64,000 nt of DNA. It comes from Promethearchaeota archaeon. Its GTDB lineage: Archaea; Asgardarchaeota; Lokiarchaeia; Sigyniarchaeales; SOKP01. Below, piece by piece: positions 1 through 10,849 of the stretch. The stretch spans positions 1 to 64,000 of the forward strand of contig JALGVJ010000003.1 in the NCBI GenBank assembly GCA_029838195.1, written 5' to 3'. The notes beneath the pieces were generated by a model that was not told the origin of the DNA, made no database searches, and saw nothing but the letters and a program-made list of their open reading frames with translations. Both the position numbers and the translations under genes were made by a program. Each line of letters starts with the position of its first letter. Position 1 is the stretch's first letter.

Positions 1-421
1 CATTGAGAAAACGGTTTAAACTGCTCTGATCAAGGGGCACGAGCAAGGAGTCTGCCATGGAACTGAGTGATTTGTGAGGGAGAGAGCTACAGAGTCCCTG
101 ACAAAGCCTAAGAGTGTTCTTGAGTTGGGACGCAGAAAAGGCGGGGTTAATTTCCGAGAGAAAGTTTCGGAGCAGCCCATCTTGTCCTAAAATCGGAATT
201 GATTGCATCACGGGGAGCACTTCTAAAACGTTTTAGAAAGAGTGAGAGTCCCGCCTCCCATCGTGTTTGTATCGCTTGGTGAGGCAAGACTTCTCATGGG
301 TTAACATGTTACGGAGATATTATCTTCGACCTTTAATAAACCCGTGTAATATCGGCGTGATACGTGCAGGACATGGTTATTCCTAAAGCGCACCTTCCCT
401 TGGCTTGCGAGCAACGTCAAG
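1..421 (-). mobile_element. End of an IS701-like insertion sequence with the 5' part of its transposase (continues beyond the window start)
   Basis: Block is more GC-rich than its flank. A minus-strand frame from the ATG at 208 reads MQSIPILGQDGLLRNFLSEINPAFSASQLKNTLRLCQGLCSSLPHKSLSSMADSLLVPLDQSSLNRFLN; 'DQSSLNRFL' resembles IS701-type DDE transposase N-termini. The element boundary (~420) is estimated from the composition shift. Confidence 0.6.
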
Positions 422-731
422 AAAAAAAGTTTTAACTTTAAGGAAAATTATAAATTTACAAAACTTAAGTATATAAATTTTTAAATTTAAATATTATAAC
501 ATAAAATCATTACTTAGAAATACACGTTTGGAAAAATGGGAAAATTTTCTTAAAACTTTAATTGAAACATTAATATAACGTAGTTGATTCACCTTGTTGG
601 AAAAAGAATAAGTATTTGTAAAAATTTTTAATAAAAAATTAATTAGCTACAAGAAGTTCGAAGATGGGCGAGTAATTGGTTCGGGAATCCTTAATCCGCT
701 CTTAGATAAAATTAACATTTATAGGCTTCTA

Positions 732-1490
732 ATGGTATTGATTCTACAAGGAAACTTTTATAATAATGAAGTAGGTAAATGGAAAGGAAAGCCAGTTTCA
801 AATACATTTACTCCTCCCGTGGGCAGTGGTCCCATATTTCGTGCGCTTAAAGGCTTAATTAAATCTCAATTACTGCCTTATCCATTTCCCGTGGTCATGA
901 CTTTTGCCGTAACTTACAGGTGTCAATGCAAGTGTGTTCATTGTAGTGCCGTGAATCACATTAAGGAAGATCAGAAAGAGTTAAATACCAGAGAAACCAA
1001 AAAATTAATTGACGAGGCTCAGAAACTTGGAGTTACAATCATAGCCTTTACCGGTGAAGAACCCCTTCTGCGGAAAGATATTTTCGAACTCATTTCCCAC
1101 GTGAATCCGAAAAAAGCCATGTCCATCATGTTTACCAATGGGCAATTTTTGACCGAGGAGAATGTTAATAAATTGGTAAAAGCGGGGGTGTACTCTTTGT
1201 TTGTAAGCATTGGCGGCTGTCTTGCCGCTAATATTCAGTTTTACGTTTCTGCATATGGAGACGTGACTCCTTGTGATTTCACGCCTTTATCTTTTGGAAA
1301 CGTGCGAAAGGAACCGTTAAAAAATATTTGGATGCGAATGGTTAAACATCCTGCTTATAATCATGAAAGTCCTTTTTGTAGAATGCAAGATCCAAAATTT
1401 CGTAAGTGTTATATTGAGCCGATTCCCGAGGACGCCATCCTACCGTATGAGATTTCGCATTTACCCTGCAAGGATTACCGCAACCTTTAA
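732..1490 (+). pseudogene. Radical SAM/SPASM protein with an apparent internal deletion
   Basis: CxxxCxxC (CQCKCVHC) and a degenerate GGEP (TGEEP) are present. The sequence jumps from the barrel strand LFVSI directly to the SPASM start GGCLAA...YGDVTPCDF, so the latter part of the barrel is missing. Confidence 0.6.
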
Positions 1491-1817
1491 TCAACATTAC
1501 CACTTTTTGCTCTTTACAAGCAAGAATGATGATCTTCCAATTTAAATTTTATAATAAGATAATAAGGAGAAAAGGGTAATAAAAAAATGAAGTTCATGAA
1601 ATATTTATCTATTGCAGTCATCCTTCAAAATAATTTGCTCTTTCATCATCTTTCTCTTTAAAATTGAGATGAATTCTTTTGTATCAGGAAATACATAGGA
1701 GATACTCTCTCCATCCTCCTCTAAGTTAATCTCCTTCAGGAATTTGCCATCAATTTTTTCTTTTAAATCATTAACAAACATGTTATTAAAGAGAACAAAA
1801 ATTTAAATAAAATGATG

Positions 1818-1858
1818 TAACATGAGAATAATATGAGAATAACATGAAAACAATATGG
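1818..1858. repeat. Imperfect 11-bp tandem repeat (TAAYATGAGAA x ~3.7)
   Basis: taacatgagaa/taatatgagaa/taacatgaaaa/caatatgg read directly. Confidence 0.7.
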
Positions 1859-2105
1859 TGTCGGTCTTGTTTCTCAAGATCTCTTCAAGCTTCTAGGGAA
1901 AGAGAAATGCATTTAATTTTAAATTAACAATCCAAATCCCTTACATTTTCACTTTTTCAAGGAGTACGGGCTCTCATTCCCTAAAATATTAATTGAAAAA
2001 GAGTAAAATTTTAATTTGTCTATTATTTTATTTATCATCTTATATTTAATTTCATGTAAAAAATTAAAGATAATCTTAAAATGGAGGAGGTTTTCAATAA
2101 AAATC

Positions 2106-2435
2106 ATGTTTAGTAAGGAAATTAAACCAAACCAAAACTATACTTTGGAATTTGAAACTAAGAATAATGAAACGAAATATGCGGAATGGAAAATCACGTT
2201 TCGAATGCTTGGATTGCCCCACGAGCAAGCCTTTAAAACAATAACCATTTCTCCAAACCAGACGGTAGAAGAGATTAAACGAATAATTTTAAAAGAATTT
2301 CAGCTAAATCCTTTAATAGATATTCAATTACTCTTTAGAGGGAAAGTTTTATCAGAACTTAATAATATAAATGACTTCAAAATCTCCCCTGAAGAGGATA
2401 CCATTACCGTAATGGCAGTAATGAATGGAGGCTGA
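2106..2435 (+). CDS. Ubiquitin-like (beta-grasp) protein with exposed C-terminal Gly-Gly
   Basis: FKTITISPNQTVEEIKRII...IQLLFRGKVL...TITVMAVMNGG* matches the ubiquitin pattern (TVxxIK, LIFxGKxL, terminal GG). ATG 2106 is preferred to TTG 2016 because GGAGG lies at ~2083-2090. Confidence 0.85.
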   Translation: MFSKEIKPNQNYTLEFETKNNETKYAEWKITFRMLGLPHEQAFKTITISPNQTVEEIKRIILKEFQLNPLIDIQLLFRGKVLSELNNINDFKISPEEDTITVMAVMNGG

Positions 2436-3019
2436 AAAAATACTAATAAACAGATTTAATTTTTTTAAGATCATTTAATATGTAATTCATTATATTTTTT
2501 CCTCTCCCTTAAATTTTTTTTTCGCATCATGTACATGGCGATTTCATCTCACTCATGGGAATATAAGCATAATAACGACGCTTAGAGGTCTTTCCGAGAA
2601 ACTCATCTAATTCCATTTTAAAATTAACCCCTTTCTTCATCGATGATCTTGCAATCATCAAGGAGTACCGTTGGATGAGAAAATTCATTAGAAATAAGAT
2701 GGATTTTGCTAGCTCACGGCTCGAGAAGGCAAAATAAATGAATTACATGGATAATGTTAATATTTTATAATAATATTTTTATAAATTTCCTTGCTTTTTA
2801 ATGATAAATAGTGAATTTTAACACTTAAAATCTCCAAGTATTTAAAATCATTTAACCTTGTTTTGAAATACTTTCCTTTTAAACCTATTATTGTCTTTAT
2901 GGCACATGGCATTAAAAAATTTTATGATCTTTACTTCTTATTTTGTAATTTTTTAATCTTAATTTTAAGGGATTATAAAAAGTCAGCCCTTCTAATGTAT
3001 TAGAATATTTAATTTCGGT

Positions 3020-3904
3020 TTATCCCATCTTTTTTTCAGTAATCTTCTTGTTTAAATCTTTTTTCGATAAAATACGTCTCTTAGGGGATAAACCGACTGC
3101 AATCAAGAAAATAATGCAAGATATTAGAATCATGGAACTGGAAATGGGAAAATTAGTTGTTAATGACAAAAATAATCCCAAAATCGCAGAAAATGCCCCA
3201 AAAATAGGACTAATATAAAGAATTTTCTTGAAGTCATAAAGAAATTGATAAGCAGTAGAAGTTGGCATGATAATCAACGCATAAACCAACAATGCTCCAA
3301 CTATTTTTATTGAAATTGAGACAATTAATGCCGTAATGGTTAAAACTAAAAATTTAAACATCGCAACCCGAATACCCGCAGCCATTGCAATCTTTTCATG
3401 AAAGATTATGGCTAAAAATTCCCTGTAATAGATTGTAAGAATAATTATAAACCCAATGATGATGAAGCTTAAATTCAAGAAATCTATATAACGTAATCCA
3501 AATAAGCTACCCCATAATACCGAAACCGCACGCTGAGTAATCACTCCCGTTGGTAATGTTGATAGGAAGATGAATCCTAAAGCCGTTAATAGTGAAAATA
3601 AGGCCCCTAAAATGACTTCTGAGCTCAACTTTGTTTTATTTGAAAGTGGCCCCAATATTAAAGCCGTAATTAATGTAAAAATAAGGGCCGTAATTTGTTC
3701 ATCAAAATTGGGAAACATATAAGCATTTAACCAAATTCCAAAAGAAGCTCCGGCAAATGCCGCATGCGACATTGAATATCCAATATTAGTTATCTTGAGT
3801 TGTACTATTAATGTACCCACCAAAGAAAGCGCAATTGAAGCAATTACCGCTCCTAAAGCAACTTTAATTAAGATTTGACTCGGTAATTCCACTAAAAATA
3901 ACAT
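3020..3904 (-). CDS. znuB: Zn/Mn ABC transporter permease (ABC-3 family)
   Basis: SMSHAAFAG and 'VGALLVYALIIMP' motifs; multi-TM; adjacent to the ATPase. Confidence 0.9.
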   Translation of the reverse strand: MLFLVELPSQILIKVALGAVIASIALSLVGTLIVQLKITNIGYSMSHAAFAGASFGIWLNAYMFPNFDEQITALIFTLITALILGPLSNKTKLSSEVILGALFSLLTALGFIFLSTLPTGVITQRAVSVLWGSLFGLRYIDFLNLSFIIIGFIIILTIYYREFLAIIFHEKIAMAAGIRVAMFKFLVLTITALIVSISIKIVGALLVYALIIMPTSTAYQFLYDFKKILYISPIFGAFSAILGLFLSLTTNFPISSSMILISCIIFLIAVGLSPKRRILSKKDLNKKITEKKMG

Positions 3905-3913
3905 TTTCTAATT

Positions 3914-4762
3914 TCACGCTCCATTTCCTAATGTTTCCCAATTTTTCATTGCTTGTTCCATGACAATATATTTTTTAAATAGAAGATTCTCATAAGCTTT
4001 TTCAAGTGAACCATCAACATCTATCCATCCACGGTCTATCATTATAATGCGATCCACTTTTGGGGGAATTTTTATTCCATGGGATACCAATAAAATAGTA
4101 ATGCCGATTGATTTTAAATAACTTAACAATCTCATTATTTCCTCTTGCGAATTTAAATCCAAATTCGCAAAAGGTTCGTCTAATAATAAAATCTCAGGTT
4201 GTTTGCATAAAGCTTGTGCAATGAGTACTTTTTGTTGTTGCCCTCCCGAAAGTCGACCGATAGGACGATTCATAAAGCTTTCCATACCTACTACTTTTAA
4301 ACTTTCTTTAACCGCTAACCAATCTTGTTCATTCGGCGGTCTCCCAGATCCACGGCGCGCTACTCTTCCAATCATTACTATATCTTTAACTAAAAACGGT
4401 TGGTTCGGATCCATTTCAAAATTTTGAATAACATAACCGATTTTACGACGTAAATCATCCCTAGCATTTGTTATGGGATGTCCAAAGATTTCTATTATCC
4501 CATTTTTTACTTTCAAGAGACCTAAAATAGTCTCTAATAATGTGGTTTTTCCTGCTCCATTTGGTCCGAGAATTAAAATATATTCTCCCCGATAAATTTT
4601 GAGATTAACATTATGTAAGGCGGGAATCCTCTCCCCTTCATAAAAAGTATTTACATTATTCAAGAATATTATAATCTCTTTCTTTTTTTGGTCTTCTCGG
4701 AAGGTTTTTAAATTAGAATAGAATTTAAAAAATCCTTCCAACCTATTGGTTTTAATCTTCAT
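3914..4762 (-). CDS. znuC: Zn/Mn ABC transporter ATP-binding protein
   Basis: Walker A GPNGAGKT, signature LSGGQQQ, Walker B LLLDEP. Confidence 0.9.
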   Translation of the reverse strand: MKIKTNRLEGFFKFYSNLKTFREDQKKKEIIIFLNNVNTFYEGERIPALHNVNLKIYRGEYILILGPNGAGKTTLLETILGLLKVKNGIIEIFGHPITNARDDLRRKIGYVIQNFEMDPNQPFLVKDIVMIGRVARRGSGRPPNEQDWLAVKESLKVVGMESFMNRPIGRLSGGQQQKVLIAQALCKQPEILLLDEPFANLDLNSQEEIMRLLSYLKSIGITILLVSHGIKIPPKVDRIIMIDRGWIDVDGSLEKAYENLLFKKYIVMEQAMKNWETLGNGA

Positions 4763-4774
4763 ATTGAAAAAGAT

Positions 4775-5224
4775 TTATTCTGTTAATTTCTTTTTATAAT
4801 ATTTTCTTAAAGGAAAATTAGATTGAATTTCAAAAACATCATGAATAGGAGATTTCATGAATTCTTTGACATAGTCTTCTAACTCATCTAAACCCTCACC
4901 TTTAAATTGAAAAGGTTTCTTTAGCTTGATTCTTATCTCTTTTTCCTTATGAATAAATATGGCTTCAGGAATGCCTTCACTTGTTGCAACAATACGTCTA
5001 GTGCCGTATGTACATCCAGATACAAATTGTATCCCATCAATTAAACATGACATTGGCGTTGTATCACATCTTACAATGCAATATTTTTCGAGCTTATTTT
5101 TTGATAATTCCTCATTTGCAATAACGCCCATTCTAGCACCAGCAACTAGATATGGTCCCAAATGACCATGGAAATCTTTTAATGATTTTAAATCGAAATC
5201 AAATTCTTTAAATTCAGTGATCAC
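4775..5224 (-). CDS. FmdE/FwdE-family metal-binding protein
   Basis: FHGHLGP...G.RMG and C.IDGIQ..SGCT.G motifs. Confidence 0.85.
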   Translation of the reverse strand: MITEFKEFDFDLKSLKDFHGHLGPYLVAGARMGVIANEELSKNKLEKYCIVRCDTTPMSCLIDGIQFVSGCTYGTRRIVATSEGIPEAIFIHKEKEIRIKLKKPFQFKGEGLDELEDYVKEFMKSPIHDVFEIQSNFPLRKYYKKKLTE

Positions 5225-5230
5225 ATTATA

Positions 5231-5302
5231 TTATAAAAAAGTATTACTTTTAAATAATATGAAATTTTTAATATCATACTATTTTATAAAAGGGTATTAC
5301 CC
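5231..5302. promoter_or_regulatory. Paired candidate operators in the divergent promoter of the metal ABC locus
   Basis: 17-bp direct repeat ttataaaaaagtattac (5231-5247) and ttataaaagggtattac (5284-5300). Each GTATTAC core is the centre of an inverted repeat (aaaagtaTtactttt; gggtaTtaccc). Confidence 0.45.
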
Positions 5303-5319
5303 AAAAAAGTAGAATTAAA

Positions 5320-6294
5320 ATGTTTGGAAAAAATAGATTTTTGATTTTAATTACTATCTTAGTAATTGCGGGAATTTCACAGATAACGATTGTCCAATGC
5401 ATTAGTGATTCTCAACAAAATATGAATAATATCAAGCTATATGAAAGTGATTCTGAAATAAATGTTGCTGCCACTTCGGGAATTTTAGCTGACTTTGTTG
5501 GAGCGATCATAGATCAGAAACTGGACCCAATCGTAGATCCCGGTACTTGTCCTGCTCATTATGATATCCAACCGGAAGATGCCGCAATCGTTGCTAATGC
5601 GGATGTTATCTTTTATCATGGATTTGAAGGAGAATGGTTTATAACACTTGTGAATGAGAATAATCCCTCGACTAAATTAATAAAGGTTGGAAACTTGGTT
5701 AGCGGACCATGGTTACCGCCCCCTCAAGCTATAAAATATCTAAGAACAATTACCCAAGAGCTTGTTAAAATTTATCCTGAAAAAAATTTAGCGTTTAGTG
5801 CGAATCTTAACGCCTATATAACGCAAATTAACGAAAATGCGGCTCAAATAAAGCAGGAATTTGCTCAATCTTCATATTATGGTGCTAATGCTGTGGTAAT
5901 GGAATTTCAAGCCATGTTTGCCACTTGGCTCGGATTAAACGTAATGGTGACATTTGGTTCGGATGAAACATTAGGCGCACAAGATATTGAATCAATAGTA
6001 GCAGAGGCAGAAGCAAAAGCTTGTACGATTGTTATTATGAACCTTCCTTCAGGAACCGATGCTGGGAAGGAAATTGCAAGAGAAATAGGAGCTAAATATG
6101 CAATTTTCGGAAATTTTGTAGGTGATCTTAATACAGAAAGTTATATTGACCTTCTTAGAAAAAACATGGAAGCAGCAAAAGAGCCTATCACGCCTGGTTT
6201 TGATACAATTGGAATAAATAATATTTTACTGCTGATTTCCATTATTGGAATATCTATAGTTCTCATTGGACGGAGAAAAATGAGAAAAAATTAA
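5320..6294 (+). CDS. znuA: Metal ABC transporter substrate-binding protein (ZnuA/TroA-like)
   Basis: Signal peptide, 'PGTCPAHYD', 'ADVIFYHG.E', C-terminal TM anchor; divergent from permease and ATPase. Confidence 0.8.
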   Translation: MFGKNRFLILITILVIAGISQITIVQCISDSQQNMNNIKLYESDSEINVAATSGILADFVGAIIDQKLDPIVDPGTCPAHYDIQPEDAAIVANADVIFYHGFEGEWFITLVNENNPSTKLIKVGNLVSGPWLPPPQAIKYLRTITQELVKIYPEKNLAFSANLNAYITQINENAAQIKQEFAQSSYYGANAVVMEFQAMFATWLGLNVMVTFGSDETLGAQDIESIVAEAEAKACTIVIMNLPSGTDAGKEIAREIGAKYAIFGNFVGDLNTESYIDLLRKNMEAAKEPITPGFDTIGINNILLLISIIGISIVLIGRRKMRKN

Positions 6295-6447
6295 AATATA
6301 CTAAAATTAATTCATTTTTTTTTTAAATTGAATTTTACATTCCTAAAATAGCCAAATTGAATCGGTTAATTAATTAAAATAAAATCTATCAATGTGAATG
6401 ATTAAAAACATCAATGATGAACTCAATTAAAAAGAAATAATTGTATA

Positions 6448-7005
6448 ATGACTATGCTAAGAAATAACTTTATAATAAAACCTATTGGATACGTTAAAAA
6501 TACTAAGGATAAAGAAACACTTAGATATTCGAATAAAAGTATCGAATTTGATATGAAAACGGCAGCAAGTCAAAAAAACGATTTGATCATTTCGGAAATC
6601 ATTATAAATGAGGAGCATGCTGAAACACTAGATGGAATTGAAGAGTTCTCCCATTTAATAATTATCTTTTGGGCACATAAAACTCCTGAGAAAGCACGGC
6701 AAATAAAAAAAGTCCATCCCGGCGGGTTAAAAAAAATGCCTCTTAAAGGAATTTTTTCCACCAGATCTCCGATACGCCCCAATCCTATTTGCATTACAAC
6801 CGTACGCTTACTCGAAAGAAAAGATAATATTCTTATCGTTGATAGAATGGATGCCATAAACAATACGCCCGTTCTTGATATAAAACCTCACTTACGATAT
6901 TATGATGTGCCTCATAACGTGAAAATAGCAAGTTGGGTAAATGAACTAATGAATGAATATGCGAAACTTTATGATCGTTTGAAAAGAAATTTTAATTTTA
7001 AGTAA
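6448..7005 (+). CDS. trmO: tRNA (N6-threonylcarbamoyladenosine) methyltransferase TrmO/TsaA family
   Basis: KPIG, L.GIEEFSH, GIFSTRSPIRPNPI, DA...TPVLDIKP. Confidence 0.9.
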   Translation: MTMLRNNFIIKPIGYVKNTKDKETLRYSNKSIEFDMKTAASQKNDLIISEIIINEEHAETLDGIEEFSHLIIIFWAHKTPEKARQIKKVHPGGLKKMPLKGIFSTRSPIRPNPICITTVRLLERKDNILIVDRMDAINNTPVLDIKPHLRYYDVPHNVKIASWVNELMNEYAKLYDRLKRNFNFK

Positions 7006-7040
7006 AAATTATAATTTTACAAAACTTAGGTTATTAACTT

Positions 7041-7787
7041 ATGGAATTAAACCTTTTACAAATCTTTCAAGGCACTTTTTCTCTAATATATGTCATTATT
7101 TCTACGATAGTGAGTATCGTTATTCTAAGCCATTACCTTTCTAACAAAAGATTGGAGTTTATCCTTGTCGGTGTAGCAATTTTTGGCTTAGCTGGGCCAT
7201 GGATTCCAGATGCAATCACGTTCCTTGTTATAATTTTCACGAATTTTGCTGCTCAAGCCTCATTTTATCTAGAGTTCACTATTCGCATGGTATTGATTAC
7301 TACCGCTTTCACGCCCATTTCCATCATTTGTTGGCTCGGTGCCATAACTAAATTCTTAGGAATAAAATATCGAAAAATTATCTTAATAATATTCACTATC
7401 CTCATGATTATTTTCGAAATTTTCCTATTTGCTTTTTATTTCATGGATATTAGTTTACTTGGAAATTTTCATGGCCCCTTTGATTATCAATGGAGCATGT
7501 TTACCACGATTTTTTATTTATTTTGTATATTCCTCGTGATTCTCACGGGTTTACCGTTCGCAACAACGTCCATGCGAGCAAACGCTAAGAATATTCAATT
7601 AAAGGGAAAATTCATTTTACTCGCATTAATCTCTTTTGCTATCGGAGCACTCATCCCCTATATCGTTTATAATATCCCGGCTTTAGTCATTTCTCGGTTA
7701 ATCTTAGTCTCATGTGCTTTTGAATTCTATATAGGATTTCTCTTGCCAAAATGGGCGGAAAAACTCTTTCTACGGAAAGAATCTTGA
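7041..7787 (+). CDS. Hypothetical ~7-TM membrane protein
   Basis: About seven hydrophobic segments; no catalytic motif recognised. Confidence 0.75.
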   Translation: MELNLLQIFQGTFSLIYVIISTIVSIVILSHYLSNKRLEFILVGVAIFGLAGPWIPDAITFLVIIFTNFAAQASFYLEFTIRMVLITTAFTPISIICWLGAITKFLGIKYRKIILIIFTILMIIFEIFLFAFYFMDISLLGNFHGPFDYQWSMFTTIFYLFCIFLVILTGLPFATTSMRANAKNIQLKGKFILLALISFAIGALIPYIVYNIPALVISRLILVSCAFEFYIGFLLPKWAEKLFLRKES

Positions 7788-8280
7788 GTTCATTAAAAAA
7801 AATGACTATACTCCTTTTTTTTCTTTTTCATTATCCGTTTTAATTCCAATCTTAATAAATCTTTATTCATGATTATCAATAATAAGAATTAATATGAATG
7901 AATCTTTTTTCCCTTAAATAAGGACATTTTTTTAACAAAATCATTATTATCCAATTCAAAATCTTATCACTTTCACTTTTATTTTAACTTATCCATTGCT
8001 AAGAGTATGGAACAAGCAAGTTAAACATTATTTCTTGTCAAACTTAAAAGCTTTTAATCTTAACTTTTTTTCTTATTACTTTGTAGGAATTTAGAATTCA
8101 GGAAGAAGCGGTGGAAAGGTGGAAAAAAAATAAAAATATGGGAAGAATTCTTCCGAAATTAGGAAATAAGAAAAATAATCATTATTTAAAATAAAAATTA
8201 TTTAAATAAAATAATATATATTATAGATATTTCAATGATATAATAAAAAAACAAACGAAAAATCTAATTGTGTTGATTGA

Positions 8281-9171
8281 ATGGAATTAAAAGAACAATT
8301 TTCTCAAACAATAAAACTTAAAGACGGACGATTATTGGGCTATGGAGAATTCGGCGATCCTAAAGGAGAACCTATTTTTCATTTTCATGGATTTCCAGGC
8401 TCGCGATTGGAAGGCTTGTTTGCTGATGAGGTTTGTAAGCGCGCTGGAGTTCGATTCATCGGAATTGATAGACCCGGAATGGGACTTTCCACTTTTAAAA
8501 AAAATAGAACCATCTTGGATTGGCCCGACGATGTGGTAGAATTAGCTAATGCCTTGGGTTTCGATAAATTTAGCGTGGAAGGAGTTTCTGGAGGTGGACC
8601 TTATGCCGCTGCATGTGCCTATAAGATCCCTGCACAATTGAAAGCATGTGGAATTATCGGAGGGCTTGGACCGGCAACTCTTAGCAAGGAAGGTATGCAA
8701 AAAAGCGGACGTATCCTTTTTTCTATTGCTCGCACCATGCCATGGCTCCTTCAATTTTTCCTTTGGGCATCAATTGGACGTAAATCCAAGAGCTTAGAAA
8801 CAACCAAAGAAATGATAAAAAAAAGTTCTAAAAATTTACCAGAACCGGATAAAAAACTCATTGAAGACCCTATCGTGGTCATGTATTTCGCAAAAGGAAC
8901 TCAAGAAGCCTTCCGACAAGGCTCTAAAGGCCCCGCTCATGATGCAAAACTGTATGCTAAAGATTGGGGTTTTAAACTTCAAGATATCTCTCCTAATGTA
9001 AAAGTCTATCTATGGCATGGCGAACTCGATATCGACGTGCCGATCTCTATGGGACGGGCTATGGCAGAAGCTATTCCGAACTGCGAAGCCACCTATTTTC
9101 CTAACGATGCTCATATCTCAACTGCTATAAATCATTTTGATGAAATCATTAAAAAATTCAAGACCAATTAA
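8281..9171 (+). CDS. Alpha/beta hydrolase
   Basis: FHGFPGSR, DRPG.G.S, nucleophile elbow GVSGGG, WHGELD, C-terminal His. Confidence 0.92.
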   Translation: MELKEQFSQTIKLKDGRLLGYGEFGDPKGEPIFHFHGFPGSRLEGLFADEVCKRAGVRFIGIDRPGMGLSTFKKNRTILDWPDDVVELANALGFDKFSVEGVSGGGPYAAACAYKIPAQLKACGIIGGLGPATLSKEGMQKSGRILFSIARTMPWLLQFFLWASIGRKSKSLETTKEMIKKSSKNLPEPDKKLIEDPIVVMYFAKGTQEAFRQGSKGPAHDAKLYAKDWGFKLQDISPNVKVYLWHGELDIDVPISMGRAMAEAIPNCEATYFPNDAHISTAINHFDEIIKKFKTN

Positions 9172-9468
9172 ATAAATAATCATTAAATTTTTACGGTTTA
9201 ATATTTAATTACTTTTCATTTCCGCATTCAGAGAATTAAATTAAAAATATAACCTCTATATCAATGAGATTTCATTCAAACTCAATATTTTTATTCTTGT
9301 CTTTTTAGTTGGAAAATAATACCATTTTTAATTTAATAATTAAGTCTGGTATAATCCTTATTCTTATCAATTTTTTTATGATATTTTTCATTTTCTGCCA
9401 AGATTGATTCTCAAAAAAAGAGTATTTAAAAGAGTGAGCCAGTCAGGAATCTAAATAATAAAATCAAT

Positions 9469-10671
9469 TTAATATAATTTTGAATTTCTCGTATAATACT
9501 TCTTATAAATATAAAATAATGCGAAAACGGCATATAAATCAAATAAGAGTTCCAAAATAATACAAAAAAAGTAGCTATTTGGAGTTAATCTATTATACAC
9601 GTTTAAATAAAATATCATCACGCTATTAATTAAACTATAAACAGAAATAACATGGAAAAAAACAAGCGAAATTGCTAAAATCAATATTATTATAAAGAAT
9701 TTAGGTTTTATTTTGTTTCTATATATTGTCAAGCTAATAGGAATAATAACTGGAAAAGCATAAAAGAAAAGGCGGGAGTAAGACGTCCCCAGAAATCCTT
9801 GCACGAATACAAAAGGTAAAAAGAAAAGCGTTCTACGTAGATAATCATTATTCATCTTTCCAAGAACTACTAAAAAAACAATCCATAATATTCCAAAACT
9901 TAAAAAAAAAGTATAAGGATGATAGAAGAAGTTTAATTGATGATTCCTAATGTTCACCAGAAAAACAATTTTTAACGTGTAAAATGTAATTATACTAAGT
10001 TCCAACCCATAAATTAATCTTACAATTCCAAAACAAATAGCAGGTACAATCGAAACAAGAAGGGTTGATCCTAATACTTTCATGAATTCCTTTTTTTTCA
10101 AATAAAATAAAAAATAAAATATTGGCAAGAGAATCATGAATTCTCTATTTAAAACACCTAGACTCACGCTTATTGAGAAAAGAATTCTCTTATTTTCCTT
10201 AATAGCGTGGAATGATAATAATAATAAGAAAAAAGATAAAAAATCAATAAAACAAATGGCCCATAATAAAAAAATCGTTATCGGATTAAGAATGAAGAAA
10301 ATACAGCCGATATATTTGATATCATTAGGGAATTCTAACTTGTCTAAATACTTATAAAAAAGGAAAATCGATGCATATAACGCTGCGATGTTGACTATTA
10401 TAAAACTCGTAAGGGTATTAAAAGGTAAAAGATATACAAGTAAGGGCGTTAAAATTCGATATCTAAAAGGTGCCGTGGAAGGCTGAAATATGTCCTCACC
10501 CATTTCATAATAAGAAAGATCATCTACATAATATCCATGACTTAAAAAGGGGTCAATAAAAACGAGTCCATACAAAATTATCGAAAAAATAAGAACCGAA
10601 GAAATGAATAATAAAATCAAATACGGGTTTTTCAAGACTTTTAAATTAATCTTCAAAATATTCCTTCCCAA
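9469..10671 (-). CDS. Polytopic membrane protein, possibly GT-C-fold glycosyltransferase-like
   Basis: About 11 TM segments, 'DD..YY' after TM1, PF.YRIL.P and 'GVLNRE' motifs. Confidence 0.55.
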   Translation of the reverse strand: MGRNILKINLKVLKNPYLILLFISSVLIFSIILYGLVFIDPFLSHGYYVDDLSYYEMGEDIFQPSTAPFRYRILTPLLVYLLPFNTLTSFIIVNIAALYASIFLFYKYLDKLEFPNDIKYIGCIFFILNPITIFLLWAICFIDFLSFFLLLLSFHAIKENKRILFSISVSLGVLNREFMILLPIFYFLFYLKKKEFMKVLGSTLLVSIVPAICFGIVRLIYGLELSIITFYTLKIVFLVNIRNHQLNFFYHPYTFFLSFGILWIVFLVVLGKMNNDYLRRTLFFLPFVFVQGFLGTSYSRLFFYAFPVIIPISLTIYRNKIKPKFFIIILILAISLVFFHVISVYSLINSVMIFYLNVYNRLTPNSYFFCIILELLFDLYAVFALFYIYKKYYTRNSKLY

Positions 10672-10849
10672 AATTATAAATTGTAGCTAAAGTATCATGG
10701 ATTGATTGTATAAGTACTAAAATGCTTTAAATTATATGTTTTATTGAAATGATCCAAACCTAATTAAATGTTATCTTATTAGAGTCAGATTTTTAATCCC
10801 TTTTTTTGTTAAATATGATATATTATATCGATTAACCGTAGATTTAACA

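Noticed and set aside
1-420. Possible structured ncRNA or group II intron (GC-richer, palindrome at 221-238)
   Set aside because: A transposase-like reading frame on the minus strand explains it better, and I recognised no intron or RNA-gene hallmark.
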